A stretch of 60,984 bases of DNA, filler included, from Dimargaris cristalligena (lineage: Eukaryota), in the NCBI GenBank assembly GCA_003614675.1. It is 5 parts of 5 records of this genome, joined end to end, with 100 filler letters (N's around TTAATTAATTAA, not from the genome) between each part and the next. Parts side by side here need not be neighbours in the genome. Positions count along the whole stretch, not along the records: positions 1 to 12,123 come from ML003051.1; 4 more parts are not named here. One strand, given 5' to 3'. The notes beneath the pieces are model-generated. The model was not told where the DNA came from. It did no database searches and saw only the letters and a program-made list of their open reading frames with translations. Numbering within the stretch: the first letter of the stretch is position 1; every line of letters starts with the position of its first letter. Both the position numbers and the translations under genes were made by a program. Positions 1-12,223 of the stretch are shown here, piece after piece.

Positions 1-314
1 TGAAAAAAGAGATGTTTTATTAAGAGCTGCGATTCTTGAAGGTATTTATACTTAGAAAGTGGTAGAAGTTCAACCTACGTAGTATTACTGTTTGGATTGA
101 TAAATAATGACGAGTTTACGAATATATCTGGCTAATGATGATATCAAATATAAATGCGAGTAATATTTGATGTGTTTCTCACTTGCTATGATATTGCAAG
201 GTTATAAAATAATAAATCGAGACTTCGCTGATAAAAGGATATAGTAATGAGAATTGATTAATAAAGAAATACTGCGGTTAACTAAGTAGTCTCAGGTCAT
301 ACCACAACATTTTC

Positions 315-432
315 AGTTGTGGCCATATGTACCAGTTTGCACCATATCCCGTTAGATCTGCGAAGTTAAGTTGGTATCAGCCAATTTAGTACTGAGGTGG
401 GTGACCACTTGGGAATAGTTGGTGCTATAACT
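315..432 (+). rRNA. 5S ribosomal RNA (dispersed copy)
   Basis: 118 nt, AGTTGTGGCCATATG...GAAGTTAAG...TAGTACTGAGGTGGGTGACCAC...GGTGCTATAACT. The 5' AGTTGTGGC pairs with the 3' GCTATAACT, and TACCAG pairs with TTGGTA (helix II). The AGTTAAG and TAGTAC...GGGTGACC control-region motifs are present, followed by an oligo-T Pol III terminator. Confidence 0.9.
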
Positions 433-1096
433 TTTATATTTTTGGCTTGTAATTTTTAATGGGCCTCGTTAGTTTTAGATTATTTTACCCCCCAATATTT
501 CGTCTATCTTTTTACCATTAATTTTTGGGTATAGTGAATACTTTGGTAGCTAAAAATCGGTTCAACTGTTCAAAATCTAGGCAACGGAGGGATAATTTGT
601 TGGGGGTGCCTTTTAGTTTCTATACAGAACCATAGTCGGTGGTGCTAAACTGCCTCTCCTAAACGGCTGTCTATTTCGCAATTTGCTATCGAACGTATTC
701 AATAGGTTCGACACTGTTGTTTTAATTTGTGAATGAAATCCCGCCCGGCAAACGAGCTTATCATTTTGTATCTGGGTTGAGCTTACCCCATATTATTTTT
801 GCAGTGCGCCCACCCCACTAACCCGCGCGAAATCGGTGGGACATTTTGTTGGGTCGTTTAATCAATTAGAGTTCCCATTGTTTAGTTAAAATTCGCCTAT
901 TTACACCATCACATAACACTTCTGTATACATAAAACAAAAGTCCAGAAGGACTAAACTCTAGATTCCAGCATTTACCGCCATCTCCGTTTTATTTAACTA
1001 ATTTTGGCAAATTTGCATCGGGCCCCCTTTATTTTCCTCTAGTTCCACGTTTTTGAATTCTATTTCCTCCTTGCACTTTTGAGCACCCGCGCCACC

Positions 1097-3064
1097 ATGA
1101 CTAACGACCCCCCGACTATGGAGACGTCAGCGGAGTCCTCCTCCATTCACGACGAGGCCTCGCTGGCAGCGACGACCAAGGCTACCGCAAATCTTCAATT
1201 GGCCAGTCCCAAACGTAACTTCAGCTTCGAAGAGAAGGTTATCATGAAGCATGCCAATGAGCTGATCCAGGATGGCAAGAAGGCCTACGCGCTGGATGAT
1301 TATGAAGACTCTGTGCAAAGTTTCGGTGAAGCCTCCGAATTGATGTAAGTAAACTCGAGATAATTACAAGCGGTTAAGCAGGTCCTGGTCCTGGCAATGG
1401 GTATGTCGGTGTAGGCCTAATGTATATTAAGGGCATGTGTCATTTCTATAGTCTTGGTCGTATTCATTTCGCTTGATTATACAGGTTGTTTCTAATTTGC
1501 CGTTAACCAATATCCTATAATGTATCATCGTGCTCGGCAATCCATGGCGGACCATTCCCGTTCGTTAGTGGCGGCGTGTTTGATGAAACATCATCCACCG
1601 AGTATGCCGATGTCATGATTCTTTATGGACAAGCCTTACTTCGGAACGCGATCGGCCAAAGCGCCATCATGGCCGGCGCGCAGCTTCAATCGGCCCTAAG
1701 TGCCCAGCCGAAGGGTAAGTCCGATATCTTTAACACATAACCTGATTATTTTTTTGCATTGACGGTAAACAAGGTTCTGCAGGTACTCTATATTATGGTA
1801 CTCCAGGTGACTACAGTTCCTCAAAAGACAGACATTCCAGTTGACAAGTCTAGAATTAACCTTAATTACGGCTGGTCTATGCGAATAATATTCTCTATAC
1901 CTATTGATTATCTGATTAGAGGATGAAAGCGAGTCTGCCCCCACCGGTAAGGCCAACTTCCATTTTGAAGGCGAGCCTGATTTTCGGCAGTTAGATGAAT
2001 GTGATGCGGATGCCTCGTCGTCATCCAACCCGTCGGCTAAACCCCAACACCCCACTGATGATGGCCAAGATGACGGTAGCGATGATGAAAATGAGGCCCA
2101 GGGCGACGAAGCCGGAGCGCCCGGCGATGACTTCTCGATGGCGTGGGAGGTCCTAGAATTGGCTCGACTCATCTACGCCAAAAAAGTGGACCCGTCTGAG
2201 GGCGATGAAGAAGATGGCCGCAGTGACCCGGAAACCCACCCCGTAGTCCAAGGAAAGGGTAAGGCCATGGCAGTTCCCTATCAGCCTAAGCCGGAACACC
2301 AGCGCAAATTGGCCGAAATCCTGCAATTGTTAGGCGACGTGTCTCTGGAAACCGAATTTTTCGCTGAGGCCATTATCGACTACGAAAAGGCCCTCGCCAT
2401 TCGCGAAGCACTCCCCCACCCCGACCCCCGCGAAACGGCGGCCTGTTTATACATGATTGCCCTGGCCCAGGAATACCAAAACAAGTACGCCGATGCGCTA
2501 GTCACCGTGGATAAGATCACCTCGATTCTCGAAAGGGTACTTGGTTCTTCGGCCACCCCCGGGGTGGTACCCCAATCCGTAACGGTTTCTCCGAAATCGG
2601 GCCCTGGGGCTAGCTCAGGGGACTCGTCGGAACTTCCGGAACTTCTTACGGAAGTGCGGGCGAAGCGGGAAGATTTGTGTGCCATGTTGGCCCGCCAGCG
2701 GGAACAGGGTAAAGGAACTGGTGGTTCCGGTAGCAGTGCGCTGCAGCTACTGGATGAGGCCTTGCGGCCGACGGTGACGGGGGGCTCCGGAAGCGATGGA
2801 GCAGGCCTGGCCCGGCCGGATCCGTCGGCCCCGGTCAATGACCTGACGTCCTTGGTTCGCTCTAAGCGTCAGGGCCAAACGGGTAAGGGCAAAGCTCCCG
2901 AACATACCGGTCCGAAAGTTAGCGCTGGTAGTATTCACCCAACCACTGCCACACCAGTGGCTAAACGGAAAATCGATGACGCCGAAGATGATGAACCTAC
3001 TAGGGCTCCGTCAGCGGACGATGCCGTGGCCGAGAAGCGCACTAAACTTAATGAGACCTCTTGA
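1097..3064 (+). CDS. NASP/Sim3/Hif1-family SHNi-TPR histone H3-H4 chaperone; exons 1097-1344, 1569-1714, 1920-3064
   Basis: GT-AG introns join in frame. TPR1 (LIQDGKKAYALDDYEDSVQSFGEASEL), then YADVMILYGQALL, an acidic insert, the signature DDFSMAWEVLELARLIY, then LLGDVSLETEFFAEAIIDYEKAL, and a basic C-terminal NLS-like tail (KRK, KRTK). Confidence 0.9.
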
Positions 3065-3649
3065 ATTTCCAACATTTATACGGTTATGCATGTTTCCATT
3101 TTTATGAGCCTGATGCCTTATACCTTGCCCTTTTATTTTAAACTTTTTTTTTTTGAATGATTCGATTGATCCCTCTCTATTTTCTTCCCTTTTGGCAAAC
3201 ATATAAGATTTGATGAAAAGCTACTCCTATTGTAATGTTTTATTATTCCAAACAGTAAAATCACCCACATTGTCCACTGGTTTTTAATATGCCTTACGCT
3301 CACTACCCTGTTTATTATCCTGTTACTAAATCGAACCCTCATTAATATGCGGTAACATATACTATGGAAATTGCCTATGTGGAAAGGTAGGGCGGGGGAT
3401 TGCCGTCTTATTGCTAATGATACCCATTTCAATGACTATGGTGTTGCCTGGTACTATTCTCACTTTTATTCATGACTTTACTAACCAAAGGAATGCGGAT
3501 TATAAAAGTATTTTGGCAGACGGCATCTGTCGTACTCTGGACAGCATTCATGATATATGCCTTTACCCGAATAAAATATGCGATCCTCATTTTCTATAAA
3601 AAACCATAAGGTATGTATGGGTGTGGAGGACGCTTGGCCATAAGGTGGC

Positions 3650-5653
3650 CTAATCTAGGCCAACAGTGTCAAAATCATTTAGGGAGCTTATTGGCTTAGA
3701 AAAAGCCCAGCGAGAGTGAGTGATGGCAATGTAATAGTCCCCCTGCGTAAGCGGTTTAAGCACTGGTCCAACAGCGGACGCGGTTTCCGCCTTACTACTG
3801 CCATTAGTTTGACCCGCTCTCGCTAACGGGGACCACGGGTCGATTGGAGCAGGCGGCAAATCGCTCATACCGGGTAAGCGGAGAATAGTTTCGTGGCTAG
3901 CGGGGAGCGGGTCCGTTTCGGCCAGGCCCAGTCTTTGGCGCCGACCCCTTTCCAATTGCTGGACCATTTTTATTTGCAATTGGTAGGTAAGGGTCGCGAA
4001 GGACGGTTGACTGGCTGGGTAGACAAACCACATTGCTTTGGCGGGGTTGTATCCGTTCATGAGGGGGTAGGAAGTGGGGTCGATTTTGAAAGGGAACACG
4101 GTGATAATCGGGACCTGTCGGAGGAGTTTCTGGTAAAAGCGGCGAATGCGGTTATCGGAAGGGTAGCGCAGGTGGGTTAGGAAGCGGGGAACCGAAGGGT
4201 GGTGGAATGTGCCAGCGGACGGGTGGATTGGTTCGGTGCTAGTCGTAGGCTCGGTTGACGAAATCACGGAGGCGATCCCGCTCTTGGGTAGGTGGGGCCG
4301 TCGGCGACCCCATCGAAGCAGATCCCGCTGCCGCCGCTTAATATGCCGGGTGATCCGGGTTGCATCTTCAGGGGAGGAGGGGACATGAAATGTCGTTGTT
4401 GATATGGGGACCAGGGATGCGGACGACCGACCCGACCAAAAGCGCTCCCGGGGGGAGAGGTGATCCGCTACCCCGCGGCGCTGTACCCGGGCTTCGCGCA
4501 GTTTAAGCCACTCTTGAACTACCGAGTGGGTGCCGAATTGGGCCCGATCCTCCAGCATCTGAGTGGTGGCCGCCGGGAGTGGGGGGAAAACATTATCCAA
4601 ATGAGTCCGAAACTGCTTACGCCGATAATAATAGGCCCGAATGGGGGTTTTGATGTTACCGTCGTCAGGTAGCCCCCGGAGGTTTCCCTTTTGGTAGCGA
4701 AGTAGGGCCTGTAAGACCGGGTGTTGGGAGGATTCCATTCGTCGATTTTCTTTGAGATATAGGTAGGGCTGAGGGTAATGTCACATTTGGTGTTGAATAG
4801 ATACAAGGAAATCCCCACGTTTCACATATATAGAACATACAGGCTAAAGGTTAATAGGGTATTCCTCTCGGCTGTTGCGGATTGAAATATAACTCAACAT
4901 CGCCCGGGGATACCAAAGGACAAGCCGGGATTGAGGGTGCGCTCATTGGAATGAACATCCAAACGCTTAACTTACTCTTAAAAGGGCGCTCCGGATGGGG
5001 CCGCGGCGACCGTAAGTATGGGCAAGTATGGTCGAGATGTACTTGTCGTGCCCCCAGTTCGCGCGTCGAATCATACTATGGATCTAAATGGATCAATCGA
5101 TCGTGGTTACAAATGCGAAAAGGATACTCGGTAAGTCATTGCAATAGAGGGAGGGGGTGCGCTGTTGGTTAAGTATGAAGTCAATAAGGACGCGATTATA
5201 AATAGCGTTGGTTTGGAAGAAATAAACATACTCTTCGGGCCGCCTTAATTTTTTTGCGAGCAAAGTCCGGGAATTCTACATGGCGATGCCGTTCGTACCG
5301 CAGACGAATGTGCTGCCGCATAAAATTCCTACCGAGGTATTAGTTAGGGAAACCCCAAATACAATAGATTGGACTCTATAAGTTAATCAATGGCTAAGTG
5401 CATTCAAGATTTTCGGGTAAGATTATATAGTTGGTATAACCCCGATACGCTTAATAAACCTATACATTTTTTAATTAAACTATGCTGATTTATCAATAGA
5501 GCCAAAGGGAGACTGGGGTTGTGGTAGTACTTACTGGGCATTGGGATCAAAGAATTGGCCGACTTCGCGGAGTAAATGCCTGTACACTGTAAGAGCTTCC
5601 TGGCGAGGATTGGATCGCTGGGCAATTGAGACTGTGCGAGTTAGAAATTCCAT
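3650..5653 (-). CDS. LYR-motif (Complex1_LYR-like) protein, about 480 aa; exons 5653-5535, 5328-5232, 5083-4976, 4768-3650
   Basis: Three upstream exons missed by the ORF track splice in frame (donors gtaagt, gtatgt, gtaagt). They give MEFLTRTVSIAQRSNPRQEALTVYRHLLREVGQFFDPNAQNFMRQHIRLRYERHR...RRANWGH...AHTYGRRGPIR, i.e. an LYR-like VYRxLLR motif, continuing into the 362-aa ORF. Confidence 0.8.
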
Positions 5654-6204
5654 AGGGGCCGATGACACTCATTCACTGTTGAAATGGTAGTAGCAGGGTA
5701 AATGTGGCTTAATGGCGGTACTCTGGATGCATGAGCTTCGAATAGAGAGAAATGAAAACGAGAACGAGAATAAGAGATTCCCAAGGGGTATAAAATTACA
5801 GAGTGAGTATGAGTAACTCAGCAAGTCCTCTTGTCAGCTGGAATAAAAGTAGCTCGAACAAATGGGTCTTCGGACCACTCTTCTGGACCGACTTACACAA
5901 CAGTTTATATGAGCCTTAGTAGCTGAGAGGCTCCTTTAGTAGAGCAAGGTGGTCCATACAATAAGGTTAAGCCTTCGTTAAATACTGCACCATGGGTAAA
6001 ACCGCAATTGAAGCTAGTCAGGCCAGGCGGAAATCTATCGAGGCATAGTTACATGACACGTGGAACCTCTGGTGCGACCGATGGACAGTGCGTTAAAATC
6101 GAAGTGGTCCCAATCAAAAAGCCAGTCATGTCCATGTGGCATACTTCTAGATACTCCTTAGTGTAGTTTTTGGATTATGCGGTTGTTTGCTCGATGCACC
6201 GTCA

Positions 6205-6350
6205 ATATGAATGAATTTCAAACTAGCTGTATAAGGTTTTACATAATACGTGTATGGACTAATATATGTGAGAATAGCTTTTAACCAGCAATATGGCCTC
6301 ATCCAATGGATGTTTCATTATACAGCCTGAATGAACTTCTCCCATATTGT
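6205..6350 (+). repeat. Copy of a dispersed decayed repeat (family U)
   Basis: Similar to the reverse complement of 11990-12123, 24444-24515 and 37325-37452 (shared blocks gtgtatgg, aaccagca(a/g)tat, cattatacagcc). Confidence 0.6.
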
Positions 6351-7572
6351 TTCAAAAAGACCAATCTTTCAATATTGGGGCGGGAACTATTAAAGAAATG
6401 GCCAAAAGGTTACTGCCTAGGACAAAGGGGTATGTGGTTGCAGTAAGCAAGAGCGGGGAATGGGGTTCGCGGGGATGTTGGGTATATCTACCGGTGCGCT
6501 TGCCGAGGCATACAACTCAGACAGTCAGCGTACTTTGATATGGCAGGTGAGTGGAGCATTGGTGAGAATAGGGTGTATAAAATACAAAATAATCAAGTAG
6601 GTATGAATGGTTTTACTGGAATGCGTGGAAATACAACCGATTATTATAAAGATGTGGATAACGCTGATTTTACTGCCGTTGGGATACTAGTCCAGTCAGC
6701 TCAAGGAGATATGGCCGAACAGTCTCCCCCTTAGAATCCTCGAGTCGGTTTCTGTGGTTTAGCATACATTATAAATACCACTGGCCATGGCTTAATAAGT
6801 ATATATCAAAGGATTACCAAGACCCCGAAGTCTTGGCATTTCCTTTTGCACTGATGGCGAAGATTTCGGTTACCTTTCCCGTTCGTTGCAAGTAACCTCC
6901 AGTCCACTCCAGTGGGCAATAGCCGCTTGTATATAATCATTGTACAGACGATTGTAGATAGTTCCACTATTTACTTTTCGGAACATGAACCCACACTATC
7001 GGTTGAAGAAGGGGAGGCTAGATATGGGCTGGGCTGTACAGGATGCAGAAATCAGTATGACTTTTGTATGCACCAAATACTCTAACTACTTTTTCATTAT
7101 AGCTATCACCCGCGGTTTGTTGCAGCTTTTTCTAGCGGGATTTCGGTGTTTTACCAAAAATAAAAATCCCTTTTTCATAACCCGACAATCCGAAATTAGG
7201 AGGATATAGTGCGCAATAGCGTGTCCCATTTTTACTCGCTAGCTTTTCCCCTCTTTTTCGCCCACCCGAGCCAGCCTGCATAGGAGGGGAGCATCTACGG
7301 ACAAGATCGAGCTCGTGAATATTAATTGGAAATATAGCTATATAATTTTATTTTGAGTAAATCGTTATTTGAAGACGGATAGTTCGCTGGTAAAAAATAA
7401 TAGAATAATATTCACACCGTTGTTAAGGGCAGTGGCTGTGCCTAAAGGTGTACAAAAAGGCGGAAAGGTAAAACCTCCAAAAAACAGATAAATCGCAGTT
7501 ATCACACAGGGTGAACGTTAAAAAAATAAATACATTTTAAAGAACGGTACTGTTATACTACAGTCCCGGACA

Positions 7573-8130
7573 CTATTGTACATTGGCAGGCGCTGCTTGG
7601 GCTGTCTGACGAACGGCGGAATTCTTGGAGTGCTCTTCCAAAAATTTGTAGAAACGGGACGGCTTGGGGGTTTTGCCGTTAACCGTGTACTCTTGATTGC
7701 CGATAGTGGGGTACTGCTTCTTAATTTCGTTGTACTTCTTGTCGTCGTAACTGAACATCTTCTCGTACCAGGTGCGGTCCTTGTAGGCCGCGCCGGCCAG
7801 CTGGTTGGTGTAACGATACTTGGCAACGCGATACTTATTAGGGGTTGCAAATTGTTTGCCAACCTTTTCAGTTAGCTTGTTGTCGGCTGCCTTCTTCTTT
7901 GTCTCCTCCTTCGCTAACTTGGCCGCCTTCTTCTCATTCTCCTTCTGTAACTTGGCCGCCTTCTCCTCTTCGGTAGGGTTCAGCCAAGAGCGTTTCACCA
8001 GGTTCTGCGAGCGGTTGGCATGGCCCTGAAGGGCCTGGTCGGACGAGGGGGCAGTGGCCGATACGGTGGTGCTAAGCAGCAGGATGCTGGCCAGGGCCAG
8101 AACGGCAAACGAAGAGGTGAAGAAGCGCAT
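7573..8130 (-). CDS. Secreted Lys-rich small protein (signal peptide plus putative Kex2 pro-peptide), candidate effector
   Basis: ATG start, hydrophobic signal MRFFTSSFAVLALASILLLSTTVSA, LVKR dibasic site, repeated KAAKL unit (33-nt direct repeat near 7916-7968), no Cys. TATAAAA lies at 8263-8269 upstream. Confidence 0.8.
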   Translation of the reverse strand: MRFFTSSFAVLALASILLLSTTVSATAPSSDQALQGHANRSQNLVKRSWLNPTEEEKAAKLQKENEKKAAKLAKEETKKKAADNKLTEKVGKQFATPNKYRVAKYRYTNQLAGAAYKDRTWYEKMFSYDDKKYNEIKKQYPTIGNQEYTVNGKTPKPSRFYKFLEEHSKNSAVRQTAQAAPANVQ

Positions 8131-8262
8131 GATTGTCGCGGACAGGTGTGTGGATTGGAAATAAAAAAATGGAAGGGTAGAGTTGGGTAGAGGGGAAGTA
8201 GTAAAGATAAGAGCTTTATTGGGGTGGGCTGAAGTTCAAAAGTAGGGGGGCGACGAACCGCC

Positions 8263-8269
8263 TTTTATA
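8263..8269 (-). promoter_or_regulatory. TATA box of the secreted-protein gene
   Basis: TATAAAA on the minus strand about 135 nt upstream of the ATG at 8130, followed by a pyrimidine-rich 5' leader. Confidence 0.55.
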
Positions 8270-10665
8270 TTCTAATTGATCCCGACTATCGGCTAAGGTG
8301 GGTAGGCGGCAGTCTACCGGAATTTACGCTGACCTGCACTGGTAAGGGGAGGGGAGGAGACGCTCCCCTAGTCGCTTGATTGGGATCCATCGACGCAGCG
8401 TACCTCAAAAGATGAAGCAGTGCGCCTAGAATTCAAGCAACATCCCAAATCTCTTGCCCCCAAAAAGGCCAAGGGAGAATTCATCAACGCGACAGTGGCT
8501 TGAATGGAAGAGGGAACTTCCGTCCTAAGGGACCCGACGGCCGCCTTTGTGGTGGACTATGGTTCATGAACTTGGTCCTGGTGATACACTCAGGGCCTTG
8601 GCGATATTCGGTGATACATGGGATCTCCTCCCCTTTCCCGTGGCTAACGAAAGCAGGCATTGGATGGTCATCTTTTTCTACTGCTGCTCTCCCCTACTCC
8701 CGTGCCCTATGCTACTGGGCATTAACATCGCAGTAACTCCTAATATCTCTAGCTAAACATGTGCACATTTCTTTTGCCATGGACTGCATATTAATGAATA
8801 GTAGAAATGCGTGAGTAGGATATGCGAAATTATCAAATGCATATATAATTATCCGCTTGCTCGCTTTGGAGATTGACGATAAACAACGGTGATAGAAAAG
8901 GCTACCACAACCATTTAAGAGGACGAGTGAGGTCGATTAGCACCAATGAGATGTCTTCTTCTCCCCTGTCAAATGGTTGGAAGAGCTCGAGCATTTGCGA
9001 ATTCCAATTGTCGGTTGGTGGAACGGCGGGTCTCTGCGCCGCTTCATTGAATGTCAGTCGATGGTTAAAATAATCAAGGCCTTTCATGCGGTCGAGAGGA
9101 AAGAGAGAGAGGGTGGAGTAGGCATAAGTGGTACATAGTTATATTGAACCAGTACAGTCCCACCAGGCCACCTATTATGGTAGCGACCCCCCCCCCCTTA
9201 TAATTTCCTGCTAGGGTAATAAACGGATTATTTTTGAGATTTGGTGCCAATAACGAGGCTAGTCCGAGGCCCTAATTTTCTCGAGAGTAGGCCGAAACAC
9301 CGTTTAGATATCCATTTATTTCCCAAGCTCACCAAGCTCTATTTCTGTAGGCATTTAAACCGTTAACTCGAAACCTCTTTGCCTAATTTAATTAAGTATA
9401 TTGCTGTAGGAGATGAAGCCAGTAACATGATAGGCTTATTACTAATCCGCAAGGCCTGCCATTAAGACAACATCGAATTACAAGTAGGTAACCCTAATCA
9501 GTATATCTACATACTACAGTCATGATTCAGGCCGTCCGGTGTATGGCCCGGTTGACACTCTGGAAGCTTGGAAAACTAATAAGTCAGTCTAGCCTGGTGT
9601 TTGCATGGGTCTTTTCACCGAAATTTGTCGGAGACGCTATTAAGTGGAGCTAGTCAATCGCCAGCGTCATTCAACAGATACAGCTCCCAGTGGGCCAAGA
9701 TACCCTGTTCGTCTAGTGCGAAATAAATAGGCCGCCCTATTATCTATGTATTCGACTGGCAATTTTCAACCTGAGGCGGCGCCAATGGTCACTTGTAGTC
9801 TTGCCACTCGTTGGTGTAAACCAACTCATTTCAACCGAGTTGGCATTTTTGGTAGCCTCACTCGCCTTGTTAATTGCGCCAGTGTGGCTATTAATATTAC
9901 TATAATCGGGGGAGGGTGAATTAAAGGGGTCCGTTGGAGGATAAGGGTGCGATAGGCTCAATACGTGTAGATGGAGCCGATAAAGGGCCGATGAAAGGGC
10001 AAGTGCCAACGCCAAGGCGTCCGTGTACATGTTGGAATTCTTAAATGCAACGAATGTATGAGGGCCGGAAAAAAGGTCGAAGCACCAAGAATTGGTATCA
10101 CCCCATAGTTAATTCCTAGTCCATTTTTAGGCATGCAGATGGGCCCTTCCACCCATAGCCATATTAGTATAGGAGAATAGAGGGTGCCATAGTAATACTA
10201 CAGTATACCCCTGCCATGGAGACCACAGTATGTAGTTGGTAGAGCTATATAGAGGGTATTGAAGGAGAAAAGTGGACCACTGGCCTTGAAGAACCTGATA
10301 ATGGCAAACGACTGGACGGTGAAAAATAGGGGGTTAGTGAAGCAAATAATTAAACAATGCAGGTATGTGTGTTTTTAAATGGGCGGCATTGGAGGAAGAG
10401 GAGAGTGTTGCAAAGGTGGGGCCTAGTCCTAGTAATAGAGGGATATGCAAGCAGGGGTCAAATTTTTCATGAAAATAGTGCCCTGGACATAGTTTTAGCT
10501 AGCCTTGCATCCTAAGAGCACCAACACCCCCCCCCCACCCTTATATACAGAATAGATAGCATTTGGAGCCCTAGGCAGTGCTGATGGGTAATTAATATCC
10601 ATGCACAGACAACACACCTTTTTCCACCCTGAGTCTGTATTTCTTATATTATTTCATAAGTGCAG

Positions 10666-11241
10666 TGTCAGCCCTCCTAATCTAACCTAAATCCAGACTT
10701 AACAATCATCCACTCTTATTAGGCCTTATAGCACCATACTAACCCTCCCATAGTTATCCCCGGTACTATGGGATCATCATTTATTATATAACCCTTCTCC
10801 TTCCAGCTCCAATGCTTCATACAAAATACTCAACCCACTAATCCAAAGACTCTTCCAGTTCCCATAAGAGTCTTCCAGATACAAAGCTGTCTGGTCAGTC
10901 TATACCATAGCTTAGTAGTATCTCTCCTTAGGACCTCCCTCTAGAGCTGTCCCCACATGTATATAACTGGGCCCTATCATGGACTGGTTCAATTCCTTAG
11001 CTTATTCATATCCCCTAGTTTACCTCAATAAACTCTATATATGCTCACCCCCTCATACTAACTAGTAGGTGTGCCCACTGCACATCCCTTACATGAACTC
11101 ATTGCCTAGGCCTTTATTTGGTTAGTACTGCATCCCTAACCTAATGCTAGTAGCCTGCTTGACTGAGTCTAAGCCCCACCTACCATTAGAAGCCTACCCC
11201 CCAGACTCTTGATGGACTAAGAGTGGATAATCCATGTAACA
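10666..11241 (+). mobile_element. LTR (family A), decayed solo-type copy
   Basis: TGTCAG...GTAACA termini, internal TATATAA (~10980) and AATAAA (~11027). Homologous to 49554-50769, 37449-37704 and the reverse complement of 36815-37174. No TSD found. Confidence 0.7.
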
Positions 11242-11553
11242 ACTCCATCCAATACCACTTTTCCACCCCCTATAGCTACTGGAAAGTTATACCCCTGTTG
11301 ATTAATTCACCAGTTATGTTTACTTAATCAAATGAGTGAGGATATTAGGCATTTAGGATAACATTATTTGTCACTAAAACAGCTATACATAAGTGCAATT
11401 TCCTACTGTCCATGGCAGATTTTACACCTTGGAATAATCATGCATTTCCCATGACAGTTTACCTGGAATTCTAGTAAAATAATAGCAGTGTAACAATTCA
11501 GAGCGGGATAGTTGGGAAGGGCCCTGAGTTCAAGCTAGGGGGGAGGCTGTATA

Positions 11554-11772
11554 TGTTGGAAATTCATTTCCCCCATCCTACTGATTCCATCTCTCTGATT
11601 AGTTCTTCCTATACTCGAGACTTTATCCTAGTCATTATTAATGATATTTCTAACTCAATAAAAACAACTGCGGGTATCTAGCTGTACCCTTCGCGTTTTT
11701 TCTCTCTTATTTAAATTATTGTAGTTATATCCGAAGGCACTTGTGTTTACCATCAATTAAATCATTCCAATT
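11554..11772 (+). mobile_element. Solo LTR (family B, copia-like termini) with 5-bp TSD GTATA
   Basis: Starts TGTTGGAAAT and ends ATTCCAATT (degenerate for ATTTCCAACA). Flanked by GTATA at 11549-11553 and 11773-11777. Second copy at 36270-36529. Confidence 0.75.
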
Positions 11773-11989
11773 GTATATTGGAATATCTGACAACCGCGGC
11801 TATTAGTAACATTTATGAGGGTTATGGTACATGATAGTTGAATGATGTAAATGATACTACACGCTTTTCAACCCCAGGATAATAAATCAAGCTGAACAGT
11901 CCCACTGGTTAAAGAGAGCTTAACGGGGTCGAGTGTGACCACCCATCTTTGCTTGGGACCCCCTTTCAATAGATTTAGGCCAATCAAAT

Positions 11990-12123
11990 CCTAGAAGGGA
12001 CAGCTACCGACAATCATATTGGAAAGAGTCAACCGGGCTGTATAACGAAAAATCCAATGGATGAGCCTAATATTACTGGTCATAAGTTACTCTCCCACAC
12101 ATTCTCCCATACATATATTGTGT
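11990..12123 (-). repeat. Family U dispersed repeat at contig end
   Basis: Matches the 37325-37410 region (gctgtataa(c/t)gaa..atcc...cccata(ta)catatatt). Confidence 0.6.
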
Positions 12124-12223
12124 NNNNNNNNNNNNNNNNNNNNNNNNNNNNNNNNNNNNNNNNNNNNTTAATTAATTAANNNNNNNNNNNNNNNNNNNNN
12201 NNNNNNNNNNNNNNNNNNNNNNN
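12124..12223. other. Artificial contig-joining spacer
   Basis: 44 N + TTAATTAATTAA (stops in all six frames) + 44 N, identical at four places. Confidence 0.97.

Noticed and set aside
302..322. CCACAAC upstream pairing with the 5S 5' end (GTTGTGG)
   Set aside because: Only 7 bp and outside the expected Pol III transcript, so plausibly chance.
12168..12179. TTAATTAATTAA palindrome recurring four times
   Set aside because: Synthetic six-frame stop linker inside N runs, not biological.
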